From contig OZ316896.1 in assembly GCA_973895155.1 (NCBI GenBank), positions 19,828,754-19,892,753 of the forward strand: a DNA stretch of 64,000 nucleotides, in the 5' to 3' direction. The DNA is from Marsupella aquatica. Taxonomy: Eukaryota; Plantae; Marchantiophyta. The notes beneath the pieces are model-generated. The model had not been told where the DNA came from and did not search any database. It saw only the letters and a program-made list of their open reading frames with translations. This document shows positions 26,943 to 40,036 of this stretch, piece by piece (positions within the stretch are counted from its first letter, which is position 1; every line of letters starts with the position of its first letter). The translations under genes were made by a program, and so were the position numbers.

Positions 26943-27392
26943 CATAGGGACACACTGCGTTATGCACACACACGAGGGGGCACTTTTCAGCCCAAGGTCA
27001 TGAAGTTTGATGTGGGAGATTTTGTGTACTTGCAGCGGCAAGCTAACGACACCCTAGACACCTCTACCAGTCGTACTATTCTCAGGGTTAAAGCTATTCG
27101 ACCATCTGGAGTGCTAGAGTTACAAGGGGCAGATGGGCGCACAATTGCTGACAATGCCAAGAATTGCGCCCCTTGTCATCTGCCTAACCTGGATCCCACC
27201 ATTGTGACTTCTACCTGGATTCCACCTGTGGACTACCCTTGCAAAGTGTGTTTGCAAATTGACAATGCTGACCAGATGCTGCTATGTGATAATTGGAATG
27301 GAGGGTACCATCTTTTCTGCCTGCGGCCTGAACTTACCCAGGTGCCAAAAGGGTTATGGTTTTGCCCTTCCTGTGCTCCACATGCCACCTGA
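26943..27392 (+). pseudogene. Integrase C-terminus plus PHD finger
   Basis: KFDVGDFVYL (SH3-like integrase tail), then CKVC...LLCDNWNGGYHLFC...WFCPSC, a C4HC3 pattern with the 4th Cys replaced by Trp. Confidence 0.85.
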
Positions 27393-29488
27393 CTTTTCCT
27401 CAGCCCTCCTTGTGACTGTGGTCTGGGGGGGATACAGAGGTTTACACCTCCACTACGTACATACCACCTCAGTTGCTTTTTCTTGGCACTTGGGAATGTG
27501 ATTGGACTTTTTCTATGCATGTTGGTTGCTAGCAGCTTGCACATATGCATTGCCGGTGACTTGTATGTTTTTGATACACTATGGCTACGATACTATATGT
27601 CACGACAGGGTGGGGATTATGTATAGGGTAATGACATTTTGTTATGTGATTATTGATTGTTAATCTACAATAGTAGCCTGTAACCTTGTGACCAGAAAGT
27701 GAGGAAATATTTACGGGCTGCAACTGGGAAACTCTTCTGAACTTTGTGGTGTGGGAACAGGTTTCATACTAGAACCCCAGCCCCAAATAGTCTTTATCAC
27801 ATGTAATATCTGTCTGGAAAAAAATTACCAGGTAGGCCTTGTTGGACACAGGGTTATGGAAATGGTAGCACCTAGTAGAAAAAGTTACACACAGGTAACC
27901 TTTCTTCCTGACAGGAATTACTGCTTATGACCATCCATAAACTAAAAGAGGAACCTACATGATTGGGTTAATTTACAGCTTTGGTCGATGAGGGGACCAA
28001 CAAAATGGCTATAGTTGATCATATGGAGACCAAGAAAATGGCTTTCTAGAAGTTGGATGAGTAAACAATAAACAGAACCAGTATGTGAGTCCAGGTGGGA
28101 TTTGTTTGCACCAGTGGGAGTTAGCTTTCCAGTCATTTTCTTCTATCAGTTGGACTCTACCATGGACAGAATTTGTCTCCTTGTGCCCCCCAAAACTAAG
28201 GAGTATGGCTACGGACCCCCATGAGAGGTCCCTTGCAAATTCCCTTGCACCTCATTGTGCCATGGCATCATGATCCTTTGCGAAGCAAAACAACTGAACC
28301 ATTTATGTTTGTGGAAAATAACCCCCTACAAACACAATTGATCCTTTGCATAGCAAAACAACTACCCCGTTTGTGTTTGTGGAAAATTTGGCGTAAATTT
28401 TGGGACGCCTCTACTGTAAATACAAAATGTAAAAAATCAGAAATACAAAAGGCAAGACAGGTAAAACTATCATATGTACCTGTTTTGGTTACATTTCAAT
28501 TTTTAACAAAATGAAATAAATGTACTTTGATTACATATTAAAATTTACTAGACTGATATATCAGTGTTAACAATGAAAAGTATCATTATTGCTAGATATT
28601 TTGGTCACAATGTAACTGCCACATTTCACAACAATTATGCAACGGCCAAGAATAATATCAACTTGTCTTCACCCAAATGCTCATCATTTGTTGATGGCTT
28701 TGCTATCGCCCCGGATGGAGGCTTACTCTAAATGTTCCGAGTTCACCGTTTAAGAAAAACAATGGCTTTTAATGCACACAGGAGGGTTGAAGATTCATGG
28801 CTAGGACCCTTCAATTGTCTTCTACTTGGAGAGACATGGGAGGCATCTGTCCCAAGGCCCTCACTTTGTTTCTTCTGACCCATTGCAAGCAAATAAGTTA
28901 GGGTTTTTTTAATTCAATTAGGGGGAAGACTTCCCTTATCTACAGTGGAAACAATCATCAACATTAAACAATCATACCCATTGCAAGCAAATAAGTTGGT
29001 TTTTTTTTACTTCAATTAGGCGGACCACTTCCCTTTATTGACAGTGGAAACATCATTAACAACACTCTCAAGAAATAACTCTTGTCAAACTAGTAACACT
29101 GAGCATAACCCACTAGATTTTGAAGTCACAAGGAAAATTGTCATTTCGCATTCAGTATTTGGGCAAAGACCCTTTGCCTAATCTGCAATTGCAGTACGAT
29201 TTGCCTGGAATCCATTCAAAATCTGAGATTATCTAATAGATGTAAATCAGCTCTTTTTGTGGGCCATAGTGGTTTATGTCGTCTGTCTTGTACAAATCGC
29301 TCTTGAGCTAGAAGTGTAGTGACCGCATCTGGTAGCACAAGAGAAGATAGAGCCACATTTCATATGTACTTTACACCGAATCCAAATGGCAAATGCTACT
29401 CTCATGCCTACCTAAACTTCAGACGACCAACCTTAGAAATTGAACCAGTGAGAGGATCTAAATCTAGCAGTAAACAGCGCTTCCTATT

Positions 29489-29833
29489 AGGGAGTCTCAA
29501 AGCTTTGAAACTAGGAAAGATGGCATTTGGTCATAACTTTTCCACAAGCTGGTGAAAGTTTTGTTTTGCTTTTTCTTTCACTGGCCTCTAGAGTGATACT
29601 GGTTATGGCATAAGACCTACTAATGGTTATGGCAAAAGGTTATGGACTATGAATTCTGTAGTCCATAACCTTTTGTGTCCCTAACCCTTAAGTCTCTAGT
29701 TAAGGTTTATAGTTAAGATCCATCAGGGACTATGAATTCTGTAGTCCATAACCCTTAACAAGAGAGTTAAGGTCTCTAGTTAAGATCCATCAAATCCATC
29801 AAATTGTCAGCTTTGAGGTAGCTTTGAGGTGCC
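29489..29833. mobile_element. MITE-like insertion 3' of SDR copy 2, with a related inverted copy at ~41905-42408
   Basis: Absent from the aligned 3' flanks of SDR copies 1 and 3. Ends are gggagtctcaaagc / gctttgaggtgcc. Shares ggactatgaatt.tgtagtccataac with 42220-42250. Confidence 0.6.
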
Positions 29834-29930
29834 TGCCCAATTGGTACTGGGTTTGCCCCCATAGGTGACATCGGATAACTAAACTTCGCGACACAGATAA
29901 CGAGAAAGAAGCAACAGAGTGCTAATTTGT

Positions 29931-32028
29931 TCAAGCCAAGGGTGGGTCCTTCCACCCAAAGAGATACTCGGTCCTCTCGCCATACAATCTGCCAACTTTG
30001 TCGGCCAGCTCGTTCTTGGGAAGCAGAGCCAGCCACACCCCAGTGTCAGCTCCCTCCGCTCGAGTCTTCGGTTTGAACTCTGGGGGCACTTCGAATTCCC
30101 CGTCTTCAACTCCTCGCTTGTACATCTGGGTTTCGGTCGGGCCGGGACACATGGAAGTAACGAAAATTTTGTGATCTTCGGGTTGCGACTTCAGAAGAGA
30201 TTTCCCTAGCGCTATGGAGTAAACGTTCAGGAACATCTTGGATTCGCTGTATAGGGGCAATTTTGCAGGCTCTTCAGGTATCCATCCTTCGTCTACGAAT
30301 GTTCCCGCTTTCACGTCCTGGACGTATTTTTCTGCAAGCGATTCAGCAAGCTCCTTAGAGTAACTGTCTTCATCCCTGAACGTCTCCAACACTGCCCCCT
30401 TCAATCGCTGAGTACACAAGGGAGAATCGATTTACGTGCAATATGTTAAACGAGACTCAGGAAACCTCAAATACAAAAATCGTCAAATCGTCCAAGTTTC
30501 ACCATCAAACCACGAATGAAAGTAAATTCCAGCTGCATCACATTGACTGCATATGTGGGTTTTTGAGAGCTTCTGCAGAAATTCATAACAGCAAATCACA
30601 CGTTTCATTGGAAGTATCTGTAGATGGATCCGCAGAGGAAGATAAATTAAGATTGCCGCAAGGAAGCCATCATTCTCCGAGGACTGATGCACGTGCATGC
30701 AGTGGCATTGGATAAGCATGCATAGAGTTCTAGGTGCTGATCATTGCACCATGAACCACCTACCTCGTATAGTGCCGTTCGAGAAGTGAGATTCACGATG
30801 CGAGCTCCAGCAGGTGACGCTCGCAGCACTGGCAGTAAACCTTCCGTCACATTCTTCACACCAAAGTAGTTGGTGTCTATGAGCGCCTTTGCATTTTCGT
30901 AGGTCACCTTCAAGCCATCTAAGCCGGGGGCCGGTCCAGAGATAATTGCGGCATTGTTTACCTGCCCAGCATCATCAGTAGCGTATGGGTACATCCTCAG
31001 GACTACTAATCGTTTTGTCATGTCCATACAGAATGCCCAGGTCCCTCCAGAAGTAACACAAATCCCAAATCGACTCGATCTGCTGCTTTGCACTGTTTTA
31101 GGTGGTGTGTTGAATTAGTACAGCACCAGTGAATGGATTTCGACTTATGGAACCCTAAAGGGGAAGAAGGACAGAACGCACATATATGTAGAAGTTGTGA
31201 GATAGAACAGACAATAAACTCTGACAAAGTGGGGAAAACAGGTACTGTACATAACAATCCAGCATATGTCAAACGACTAGATGAAGCTTTTCTCTGTGGT
31301 AAATGCTGTGCAACAATTGTGCATCTTGGAAACACAGACGCCATCGAATATATAGCAATTGACAATCCAAACGAACATCTTACAATGTACCCAGAAATGT
31401 GATAAATCGATTTGTTGACGAATGGGATGTAACAGAAGACACCTTATAACCTTCAACTCTTCTGATGGAGGACGAACCCAGGAATTGATCACGACTTCCA
31501 GTTTCAAAGATACCAATCAGCCACACTCACCAGGATGTCATGCCCACCAAATATTTCTTTTAACCATGTTGCCAACGTCTTCACCGACTCTGGGCTACCG
31601 ATCTCCAACTCGTGGAAATATATATTTTTCAGCCCAGTTGCCTTCAGCTCGTCGACGGCAGCTTGGCCCTTGACTGGGTCCCGCGCTGTCGACACAACGG
31701 TTAAGCCCTTGGTTGCAAAGGTACGAACGAACTCGTACCCTATCCCCTTACAGGCCCCAGTCACCAGAGCGACCGTGTCCTCCGACCACCAACTGAGCAG
31801 AGGAACACCAGATTGACAATTAAAAACTATCCAATTACAAACTGAGTTCTACAGAAGAAGTCACTTCGGTGTTCACTACATGCTTGCTATCTTTTCAATG
31901 CGTGCTCCAAGCGACTGAGCGAATCGATGGAACGAAAATCGAAGATCATGGAAAACATTTAATCCCACTCTATGATCTAAAGTGAACTGTGGATACCTAG
32001 TCAATACGTACTTTGTACTGTTCGCCAT
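29931..32028 (-). CDS. SDR copy 2, 4 exons, ~317 aa
   Basis: Exons 32028-32012, 31792-31531, 30961-30764 and 30407-29931; motifs TGACKGIG, VNNAA, YSESK. Confidence 0.88.
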
Positions 32029-34033
32029 TGCAGTTTGAGCACCTGAATGAGTACAATGTTGATGTGCTCGGTAAAATCTTGCCTTCCTTCTCTGGTGTGA
32101 GTTTTGCTGACAATAATGTGCACTTGAGAAGTAGTGCAAATGGAAAGTGACTTTCGAATCTCACCAATCCCCACAAAAAGACTTTACGTTCTGTACTTCT
32201 AAGCTCTCTCTATCTTCGCTCAAGCTAATCAGACATGACACCTCCCACGAAGTCAACCCGAGGGTCTCTTATTATGGCGAGCACAGGCACGTTCCAACCA
32301 AGCTTCCTTCTCATTCCACATCTATCTCTTGTACACTTCATCGTTGAACATTTTATCGAATGTTTTTGGTAGGAGGAAACCGGGGAGACAACGGGTTGTA
32401 GAACAAATTTGTCTCACAGCTGCATTCCATCAATCGCAGCCGGTGATCTCTGAGACAGTGGTCGCTGAAAGTCCACCACGCGTCAGTGCATGCCCTGACG
32501 AAGTTTCCCCGGCATCTCTTCGGCCCTGTGTCAGCGGCAGGAATCAAGGAATTTTTACGGTAACCAATGGACACAAGGGGATTATGCGATATAACCCCTA
32601 GAGGACGGTGAGCATGAGTGGGCTACAGCCATGGCAGAGGGCAGTGAGCCAGAGAAGTGACATCCAGGACAGAGGGCTGTGAGTCCACTTTCAGGTGGGG
32701 ACTCAATGAAACAGAGCTAAAGGACTGGGCCGGGCTAAATGCATCATAAAATGAGTAGGCATCAACATCCTCGCATGAAGTAGAAATCTGTTGAAACATC
32801 AAACTTCCTATCGCTGACACCAATTAGTGCAAATAAATGATGAAAATTGCACTTTCGAAACTAAAGCCGTTGTCAAGCTGATCACCTTTCAAGCTGTCCA
32901 AAGACTTCTGGAGTAACCAGTCCAGACAAGAAGTGATTGTTTAAGTGAACAATCTACAGTTTTAAGTGTGCCAGTGTAAGTGACAGGATCCTAATCCCAC
33001 AAAATCTTGGGCTCAGCTGCTGTTTCCCTCCGTAGAACGTGCCCGCATATCTCGCTGTCTAACAAAAGCAAAAACCAGTAATACAAAGTGTCCCGAACAG
33101 CAATAATGGTCCCATCTTTAATTGACCATCATCCCCATGATTGTGAACTTGTGAACTTGTGAAGTCAGAAACAGAGTTTATGTCAATACCACGGAAACTA
33201 CAAGAAGGAAACAATGAGTGCACAATAGTGTTAACATCAACTTGAAATAGCAACTGTCGTCGGTAGCAGATGTTTGCGGATGAAAGCCATCGACAGCTAC
33301 AGTACGTCGTTCCGAGGATAGCTCAAGGACTCGTGATTTGTTTGCCGAATGTGGGTGTGTATTTCATTCTTGACTCTATATAAGTATGATGAATCAGTCC
33401 ACTTGCTCAATAATGATGTTACGAGTCTCGATTGGAGTTCGCTTTATCAATCATAGAAACAATCATCAATAACATTGCAGATGCGGTTTCAAAGAACAGG
33501 TTCATACGAAACTAGTAATACGAACTGTCACCAAGAACATTGTGAATTCAGACGGAAAATTAGGATTCACGTTTGAGGATTTGGAGAAAGTCACATTGTC
33601 CTCATTTGCGATTGCAAACGATTTGACTGAAATCCGCTCAAAATCCTAATAGATGCAAATCAGCTCTTTTTGTGGCCCTTAGTGGTTCATGTCCTCTGTC
33701 TTGTACAGATCACTCGTGAGATAGGAAGTGCAGTGACCGCATCTAGTAGCACGGGAGAAGATAGAGCCAAATTTCATATATGGTTTACACCTAATTGCTA
33801 AGTACCGAATCCAAATGCTACTCTCATGCCTACCTAAGCTTCAGAAGACCAACCTTCGATATTGAACCAGGGATTGGATCGAAATCCAGCAGTAAGTTAC
33901 AGCTAGTCCTATCGGTACTGGATTCACACCCAAAGATTACTTCGGGTCAACTAAAGTACTACCGAATCTAGTGCGTTCGGCCGAAACATTGATACGCAGA
34001 TAACGAGAAAGAAGCAACAGAGTGCTAATTTGT

Positions 34034-36090
34034 TCAACCGATGGGCGGGTTCTTCCACCCAAAGAGATACTCGGTCCTCTCGCCATACAATCTGCCAACT
34101 TTGTCGGCGAGCTCTTTCTCGGGAAGCAGAGCCAGCCACACCCCGGTGTCAGCTCCCTCGGCTGCAGTCTTCGATTGGAACCCTGGAGGCGCTTCAAATC
34201 CCCCGTCTTCAACTCCGCGCTTGAACATCTGGGTTTGGGTCGTGCCGGGACACATAGACGTAACGAAAATTTTGTGATCTTCGGGTTGCGACTTCAGAAG
34301 AGATTTCCCCAGCGCGATTGAGTAAACGTTCAGAAACATCTTGGATTCGCCGTACATGGGCAGTTTTCCAGGCCCGTCAGGTACCCATCCTTCCTGAGCG
34401 GATTTTCCCCCTCTCACGTCCTTTAAATATTTTTCTGCAAGCGAATCGGCAAGCTTCTCAGAGTAACTGTCTTCATCCCTGAACGTCTCCAACACTGGCC
34501 CCTTCAATCGCTGAGTACCCAAAGGAGAATCAATTTACGCGCAACGTGTTAAACGAGACTCAGGAAATCTCCAGTACAAAAATCAGCATATCGCCATAAA
34601 AGTTTCACCGCAAACCTCGAATGAAATCAAATCCAGCTTGCATCACATCGAGTGGACAAGTTTGAGAGTTTCAGCTGAAAATTGATCACAGCAAATCACA
34701 CGTTTAACTAGCAGCATCTGTCGATGGATTCCAGTCTAAGAAATTTGAAATTGCCGCAAGACATCCATCATCCTCCAAGGACTGATGCACGTGCATGCAT
34801 TGGCGCGCATTGGATAAGGATGCATCCGATTTTGCGTTTTACAGTTCTCGGTGGTCATCATTGCATCATGAATCACCTACCTCGTATAATGCTGCTCGGG
34901 TAGAGAGATTCACGATGCGAGCTCCAGCAGGGGACGCTCGCAGCACTGGAAGTAAACCTTTCGTCACATTCTTCACACCGAAGTAATTGGTGTCTACCAT
35001 CGCCTTGGCGTTTTCGTAGGTCAGCTTCAAGCCATCTACGCCGGGGGCCGGTCCAGAGTTAACTCCAGCGTTGTTTACCTGCCCAGCATCAACAGTAGCG
35101 TGTGGGTACATCGTCAGGACTACTAATCGTGTTGTCATGTCCACACAGTGCTCAGGTCCCTCAAGAAGTAACACGTACAAATCCCCGATTGACTCTTCTG
35201 CTTGGACTGTTTTAGGTGGTGTATTGAATGAGGACAGCACCAATGCATGTGATAAATGAGAAACTGACGAATTGAATCCATGGATTTCGACTTATCGGAA
35301 CCCAAAGAGGATGAAGGAGAGAACACACATGTAGAAATTGTGACGTAGAACAGACAATCAAATCTGACACTGGGGAAAACAGGTACTGAGTATAAGAATC
35401 CAGCACATATCAGACGACTGTCAAGCTTTTCTCTGTGTAAATACTGTCAATCCAACCGAATAAGTGGATTTGTTGACCAATTGTATATATGTGACAGATC
35501 AAGTGTATGTGACAGATGCTACCTAATAACCTTCAACTCTTCTGACGGATCACGAATTCCAGATTCAGAGATACCAAGTAAAGCACACTCACCAGGATGT
35601 CAAACCCCCCAAACTTTTCTTTCAACCATGTTGCCAACGTCTTCACCGATTCTGGGCTACCGATCTCCAACTCATGGAAATAGATATTTTTCAACCCAGT
35701 TGCCTTCAGCTCATCGACGGCAGCTTGGCCCTTGACTGGGTTCCGTGCTGTTAACACAACGGTTAAGCCCTTGGTTGCAAAGGCACGAACGAACTCGTAC
35801 CCTATCCCCGTATTCGCCCCAGTCACCACAGCGACCGTCTGCTCCGACCACCATCTGAACAGAGGAACACCAGACTTACAATTAGAAACTATATATTTCA
35901 TTACGAACCGAGTTGTACGACAGAGTTCACTTCGGTTTTCAGTACATTCTTGCTATCTTTTCAATGCATGCTCCAAGCGATTGAGCCAATCAATTGAACA
36001 AAGTCGAAGATCATGGAAAACATCTGATCCCATTTTATGCATTCCAAAATAATCAGTGTATGTCAAACCGTACTTTGTACTGTCCGCCAT
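34034..36090 (-). CDS. SDR copy 3, 4 exons, ~317 aa
   Basis: Exons 36090-36074, 35854-35593, 35078-34881 and 34510-34034; motifs TGANTGIG, VNNAG, YGESK. Confidence 0.88.
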
Positions 36091-36744
36091 TGCAGGTTAG
36101 TGACTGCAGTTTTGATGTGCTCCTTAAAATGGTGTCTTCGTTCTGTAGAGTGAGTTTCGCTGACGATAATGTGCAATGGGGAAGTAGTGCAAATAGAAAG
36201 TAACTCTCGAACACTCACGAATTCCCACAACTCTGTGCTTCTGAGCTCTCTCTCCTCCGCTCAAGCTATCAGAAATGATACATATCAAGAGCACAACCCA
36301 GGGGGCTCTTTTTAAAGTGATTGCTCGAGCAGAGGCAGGCAGGAGCGAGCAAAGCTTCCTTCTCGTCCCGCATCCATACCCTTCATCAAGATTGAGCTTT
36401 TTATCGAATGTTTTCGGCTGGAGGAAACCGGGGACGAAACTGGATGCCGAATAGATTGTAGAATAAATTGGTATCGGACCTACATTCCACCAATCCCTGC
36501 CGGTGATCTCCGTAGAGGGGTGGCTGCAAGTCCGCCCTGCATCAGTGGCATGTTCCTACGAAGTTTCCTGGGCATCTCTTTGTCCCTGTGTCAGCGGCCG
36601 GACCAAAGGAAGGTGGAGGGTAAGGTATTTTATTATTACTTCGCAAACAGAAGCTACAATTGGGGTGGGGTCTAGGATTTTTAAGTGAACCAGGTTTTTA
36701 AAGTGAACCTGGTTTCAGGTTTCTAAAGTGAATACTTTAGACCG

Positions 36745-37050
36745 CAACTCTAGGGCCCCACCAAATTTATGAGGATCACTCTAGTGACCCACCAAATTTA
36801 TCACGCCACCAAATTTATGAGGATCAAAAGTATGTGATCATGGTAAGTCATGATGCTTTATTTTGCCATCACCTCCATTGTCATACAAAGTATTATTCAC
36901 TAGGCCTAACTGTAGGGCCCCACCAAATTTAGGCATAACTCTAGGGTCCCACCAAATTTAGGCATAACTCTAGGGCCCTACCAAATTTATGTGGATGGAC
37001 AGGATGGCATAACTCTAGGGCCCCACCAAATTTATGTGGATGGACAGGAT
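36745..37050. repeat. Degenerate tandem repeats of (gcat)aactctagggccccaccaaattta
   Basis: About 7 copies of the ccaccaaattta core. Confidence 0.75.
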
Positions 37051-37711
37051 GAGATCTATTGTATGTCACGATGACGATGCATGCTTATTTCTGTCATTTG
37101 GGCATTTGTGCTTGTGTGATGTACCCCAATGGGCACACTGCACAAGGGGGTTGCCATTAAAAGAATGGGCATTTTGCTTGTGCCACAGCCATGAAGAGGC
37201 CGGTGAGCCCTAGGGGTTGAGGGTTTATATTCATGGCCCCTGAGTGGCGATTGGTTGACAAGAGTAACCCTCCCCTGTTTCTTTAGTCTCTCTGTACAAG
37301 CTGCAATTATTGAAGATCATGTACATCATATTTAGCTTACTTTCCAACGTCGAATCCAATGCTGGTTTACCCTATCCACTCCTGAAGGTTTGTGACGGGG
37401 AGTGAGAGTCCACATCCCAAATTTTGAAGAACTCAAAGTCCATGAAAATAGTCCACATTTGATAATGATCATTTCGTTTTCGAGCGAATCCGCTTAATGA
37501 TCATCTGATTTCTAAGAAGCTACATAATCAATCACTTTCTCTCTTCAAATCACATGAATGAATGAAATATCGTCAGAGCTCTGCATGGAGAAACTGAATC
37601 TACCTGCCTGGACAATGAAATTAAAGAAAGATGGTCGGCTAAAAAACGAGCTCACTCCCTACTTATGTCCTACAAGCAATACAGATGCACAACCACGAGA
37701 CTATAGATTAT

Positions 37712-40036
37712 TTACTGCCTCAAATCGCGCACTCCTGATTCTAAATCTAGCGCTGGTCCATTCTTCAAGGCAGGGTCATCTTCGCCAAGTGCTTGACGAG
37801 TCGGTCCAGTTGGCACACTTGAATGAGCCTCAGTGCCCGGTATGTATTTGTATGCAAAACCAGCTGTTACCCACCAAAGGATGTAAGTTAGATCGTTTCC
37901 AGACAAGACCCTGCCGGTCATTTCTTTTGCTTACAAGCCACACTTTGCTGCAACAGCCTATAAAATGACAAAAATTTCCTACTCAGAATATTGCCATTGC
38001 CTGTCTGCCTTCAGTGTTGGCAAAATATAAATCTCTAGAGCCACACATTGAGCAGGTAACTCACCGTTGTCTGCGTAAAGGCTGGGATAATGTGTTCTGT
38101 AAGTGAAGTAAGCCACAGTGAGCCCTGCAAAATCAAGGATCGTGACTTTATTCAACAGTTGATACGATACATAACGCTGAGATTGTCACTAATTTCTATT
38201 TTTCGGCGGGATCATCGATGTTTCCGTTGTCCACACCAATCACAAGGAAAGTGACTTCTTTTGATGAATTTAGTGTATGGTTTTCCAGGAGCTCTGATTT
38301 TCGAGCCGCAAGTGCAAAGCGCAGAGCGAACGTTTTTAACGAAGTTCATTCACATTCGTTCAAATTAGGGAAAGATTTGAAGACCAACCTAGAAATGCAC
38401 CAAAGATACAATCCCACCATCGGTGCTGATAATTATCCACTCGAGAGACAGCAACTAGAGTGGCACATAATAAAGGAATAAACACAATCACCACTCTAGA
38501 GGTCCAGCCTCTCTTGTCGAAGACTCCAAGTTTTCCCATTAAGTACAAGGATAAATAACCAAGCCCGGCGAAGGACCCTGCATACCATCGCCATATTCAA
38601 GGATAAAATTTTCCGCAGGCAAGCCAAAGTCGTGATAACATTTTATAGTCCACGATCATAGGCCTTCATCCGGTGCTTCACGAAATCTTTGAAAATCCAA
38701 ATCCCTATATAGATACCGATTAGCATTTGTTCCGAACGATCGACACTGGACAACATATCAGAAATATGGATTGAAACCACCAGTCACCATGATGCTTACA
38801 AACTCACGAAAGTAGAACGCTACTGATGAGGATTAACAAACCACAAAGGCAAGGCGTTGAAGAGATTGAAAGAAATAAGTATGCGTACATGATGCATGGC
38901 CACTTGGGAAACTTTTATATCCGTCTTTAATGTCAGAGGCGGAACCGTGACAAATTACTCGTTGGGTGAAAGGCTCATATTTCTGCAAGAAGGCAAGTCT
39001 TAGAAGGTGATCAACCAACACTAGTGAAGAGTTTTTCACTTGCTAATAAACTGTGGTCTTCTGTACTCTAACCCACCATCCTTGTCTAGAAAACAAACGA
39101 AAAGCCGATGCCCGCAAGCATTTATAGGTAGCAATTTTCTAGTTCCTGAGCGTAAAACGGATATCTTACATACAAAATGCAAGAAAATTCTTGAAACAGC
39201 GCATCCCGGGATCGATGAGTATATGTACCTCTAGGCGGTCCGGAAAGCACCTCAAGAAGAAATCTGGCCGGGGCATTCCCACGGTGTTCTTTATGGAATC
39301 AGTTAAGAGAGCTGTGAGTGCGATAGCGGTTGCCAGACCTGCACGCAAAAACGTCATACACCGTCAATTCCTCCTTGAAAAAGGTCTTGTTAAGTACGAA
39401 AAAAAAGCAAGCAGATCATCTTGTGGAAAGAAGACTTCACCGAAAAAGAAAACTTACCAAGAAATGCACTATGAAAATCTCTTACGCTTCTCCTTCTAAT
39501 GAAGAAGACCAAAAACCCCAAAAGAGGAGCAAGCACCGAAATTAGCTGCTCACATGAATTACGAAAACAAAGGTCATTCTCCCTCTCAGCTCACTGGTGT
39601 AAACATGACTGAAGCTTCCTTCTCGACCTGAAATTTTGTAACTTTTTAGACACAATTCCAGAGAAAACGATTGGATTATGATCCATACAGAATCATAAAG
39701 GTAATTGCCTTGATCACTCTGTCCCAAAATTATTCAGGAAGGAGACCGAATCGAAGCTAGTCCAACTCACCAACACAGTCCAGGTGGGAACGGTCGTCTT
39801 TTCCCTGGGGTACTTGTAGTCGTTGATATTAAATTGTCCCACGAAACGATGGAAAGGTGGGATCACAACGTAGACAATTATCTCCACAATAGCAACAACA
39901 ACAACCATTATCCAATCCCGCAAGTGGTGCTTGAGTAATTTTGCGAAGCTGATGTCATTCTGGCTTTCTGCAGTAGAGGTCCCAGGATTCCCAGGTCTAT
40001 TTCTCAATGGAGTGTTGTGGCCATCCTCATTCGCCA
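37712..40036 (-). CDS. LPP: Lipid phosphate phosphatase (PAP2 family), at least 7 exons; the start-codon exon is unresolved and may lie near 40282
   Basis: HLRDW...PFHRFVG; [16 protein letters not shown] (39545-39458); [18 protein letters not shown]; KSFPSGHAS; [12 protein letters not shown]; C-terminal DLESG. All three PAP2 catalytic motifs are present. Confidence 0.9.

Larger units (their letters stand above)
16427..27392 (+). mobile_element. Decayed Ty3/Gypsy-type retrotransposon internal region: gag-PR-C5 MTase-RT-RH-INT-PHD, interrupted by a nested insert
   Basis: RT-RH-INT order is Gypsy-type. One frame runs 16594-20376 with four TAG stops, there are frameshifts at ~16550 and ~20330-20360, and pol resumes in frame after the 23099-26937 insert. 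Confidence 0.9.

Noticed and set aside
27393-28900. 3' LTR of the MTase retroelement
   Set aside because: A purine-rich tract (ggggggggatacagagg-like, ~27425) is present, but I found no sequence matching the region upstream of gag.
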